From contig JAXLNO010004250.1 of NCBI GenBank assembly GCA_038087875.1, positions 186,001 to 250,000 on the forward strand: a stretch of DNA of 64,000 nucleotides, read 5' to 3'. Numbering within the stretch: position 1 is the first letter of the stretch; each line of letters begins with the position of its first letter. This document shows, one piece after another, positions 62,005-64,000 of this stretch. This DNA is from Malacoraja senta (Eukaryota). Position numbers and translations under genes: made by a program. The notes under the pieces are model-generated. The model did not search any database and was not told where the DNA came from. It saw only the letters and a program-made list of their open reading frames with translations.

Positions 62005-62390
62005 TTGACGAACTGTACACTACAAGGGCCAGGAAGCGAGTGGGCAAGATCATCTCTTACCCCTCTCACCCTGGCCACAAACTCTTTGAATCACTTCCCA
62101 CTGGAAGGCGACTCCGGACTTTCAAAGCTGCCACAGCCAGACATAAAAACAGCTTTTTTCCACGAGTAGTAGCTCTACTCAATAACCAAAAATCTGTAGC
62201 CTCCTTTTGCTCTGGTATTTTATTTTATTCACATGTTTAATCAATAATGTTTAATTATTAATGTTTAATGTTTTATGTGTCATTCATAACTATCAATGTA
62301 TGTCATGTTGTCACTTGTGGGCGAAGCACCAAGGCAAATTCCTTGTATGTGAATACTTGCCCAATAAACTTATTCATTCATTCATTCATA
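62005..62390 (+). mobile_element. Rex1/Babar 3' end
   Basis: PSHPGHKLFESLPTGRR...SFFPRVVALLN and a (TTCA)n tail. Confidence 0.85.
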
Positions 62391-62444
62391 ACATGGGCCA
62401 CGGAACCGGGTGCTGCAGCCCCCCACTTTTTTAGCTAGACATGT

Positions 62445-63862
62445 TTCATAGATACATAGATACATAGAAAATAGGTGCAGGAGTAGGCCATTCGGCCCTT
62501 CGAGCCTGCACCGCCATTCAATATGATCATGGCTGATCATCCAACTCAGTATCCCGTACCTGCCTTCTCTCCATACCCCCTGATCCCTTTAGCCACAAGG
62601 GCCACATCTAACTCCCTCTTAAATATAGCCAATGAACTGGCCTCAACTACCCTCTGTGGCAGAGAGTTCCAGAGATTCACCACTCTGTGTGAAAACGTTT
62701 TTCCTCATCTCGGTCTTAAAGGATTTCCCCCTTATCCTTAAGCTGTGACCCCTTGTCCTGGACTTCCCCAACATCGGGAACAATCTTCCTGCATCGAGCC
62801 TGTCCAACCCCATAAGAATTTTGTACGTTTCTATAAGATCCCCTCTCAATCTCCTAAATTCCAGCGAGTATAAGCCAAGTCTATCCATTCTTCATATGAA
62901 AGTCCTGACACCCCAGGAATCAGTCTGGTGAACCTTCTCTGCACTCCCTCTATGGCTATAATGTACTTCCTCAGTTTGGAGACCAAAACTGTACGCAATA
63001 CTCCAGGTGTGGTCTCACCAAGACCCTGTACAACTGCAGTAGAACCTCCCTGCTCCTATACTCAAATCCTCTTGCTATGAAAGCCAGCATACCATTCGCT
63101 TTCTTCACTGCCTGCTGCACCTGCATGCCTACTTTCAATGACTGGTGTACCATGACACCCAGGTCTCGCTGCATCTCCCCATTTCCTAATCGGCCACCAT
63201 TTAGATAATAGTCTGCCTTCCCGTTTTTGCCACCAAAGTGGATAACCTCACATTTATCCACATTATACTGCATCTGCCAAACATTTGCCCACACACCCAG
63301 CCTATCCAAGTCACCTTGCAGTCTCCTAGCATCCTCGTCACAGCTAACACTGCCTTAGTGTCATCTGCAAACTTGGAGATGTTGCTTTCAATTCCCTCAT
63401 CCAGCTCATTAATATAAATTGTAAATAGCTGGGGTCCCAGCACTGAGCCTTGCGGTATCGCACTAGTCACTGCCTGCCATTGTGAAAAGGACCCGTTTAC
63501 TCCTACTCTTTGCTTCCTGTTTGCCAGCCAGTTCTCTATCCACATCAATACTGAACCCCCAATACCGTGTGATTTAAGTTTGTATCCTAATCTCTTATGT
63601 GGTACCTTGTCGAAAGCCTTCTGAAAGTCCAGATACAACACATCCACTGGTTCTCCCCTATCCAGTCCACTAGTTACATCCTCGAAAAATTCTATAAGAT
63701 TCGTCAGACATGATTTACCTTTCGTAAATCCATGCTGACTTTGTCCAATGATTTCACCACTTTCCAAATGTGCTGCTATCCCATCTTTAATAACTGACTC
63801 TAGCAGTTTCCCCACTACCGTTGTTAGACTAACTGGTCTGTAATTCCCCGTTTTCTCTCTCA
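62445..63862 (-). mobile_element. CR1 RT to 3' end, followed by an (AAGTC)n-tailed element at 63863-64000
   Basis: [27 protein letters not shown] and 3' UTR. Confidence 0.9.
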
Positions 63863-64000
63863 AGTAATCAAGTCAAGTCAAGTAATCAAGTTTCCTTTAT
63901 TGTCATTCAGACCTTTCGGTCTGAACGAAATTGTGATGCCTGCAGTCATACACAGAACCAATAATAACAAAACATACAATAAACACAAATTAAACATCCA

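Overview
Vertebrate genomic DNA, most likely a cartilaginous fish such as a skate or ray. That assignment is inferred from the repeat families (abundant CR1, L2, Rex1/Babar, HE1-like V-SINEs, Penelope-like termini) and has not been verified. Most of the window is nested, decayed retroelements, microsatellites and N-gaps. One host gene can be assembled on the minus strand: a butyrophilin (BTN)-like Ig-superfamily receptor. Its parts are a non-coding exon (donor 47330), a leader (47074-47128), IgV (39782-40129), IgC (38870-39154), TM (37925-38044), a 27-nt exon (34728-34754), a probable 18-nt exon (34508-34525) and a B30.2/PRY-SPRY terminal exon. All coding introns are GT-AG and phase 1. The B30.2 exon occurs as four serial copies (D 28661-29187, partial C 27279-27457, B 23881-24411, A 12802-13334) behind a single ectodomain. 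A is intact and has an AATAAA. B and D are broken only by 1-nt indels in base runs, and the copies differ mainly in putative ligand-binding loops. Other signals: minimal hammerhead-ribozyme motifs in Penelope-like termini, an inverted templated copy of the TM exon inside a CR1, two non-autonomous Helitrons, GC-rich non-autonomous elements with L2-like tails, and minisatellites, one seeded from CR1 sequence. Exon and motif coordinates were read base by base. Transposon boundaries are approximate.
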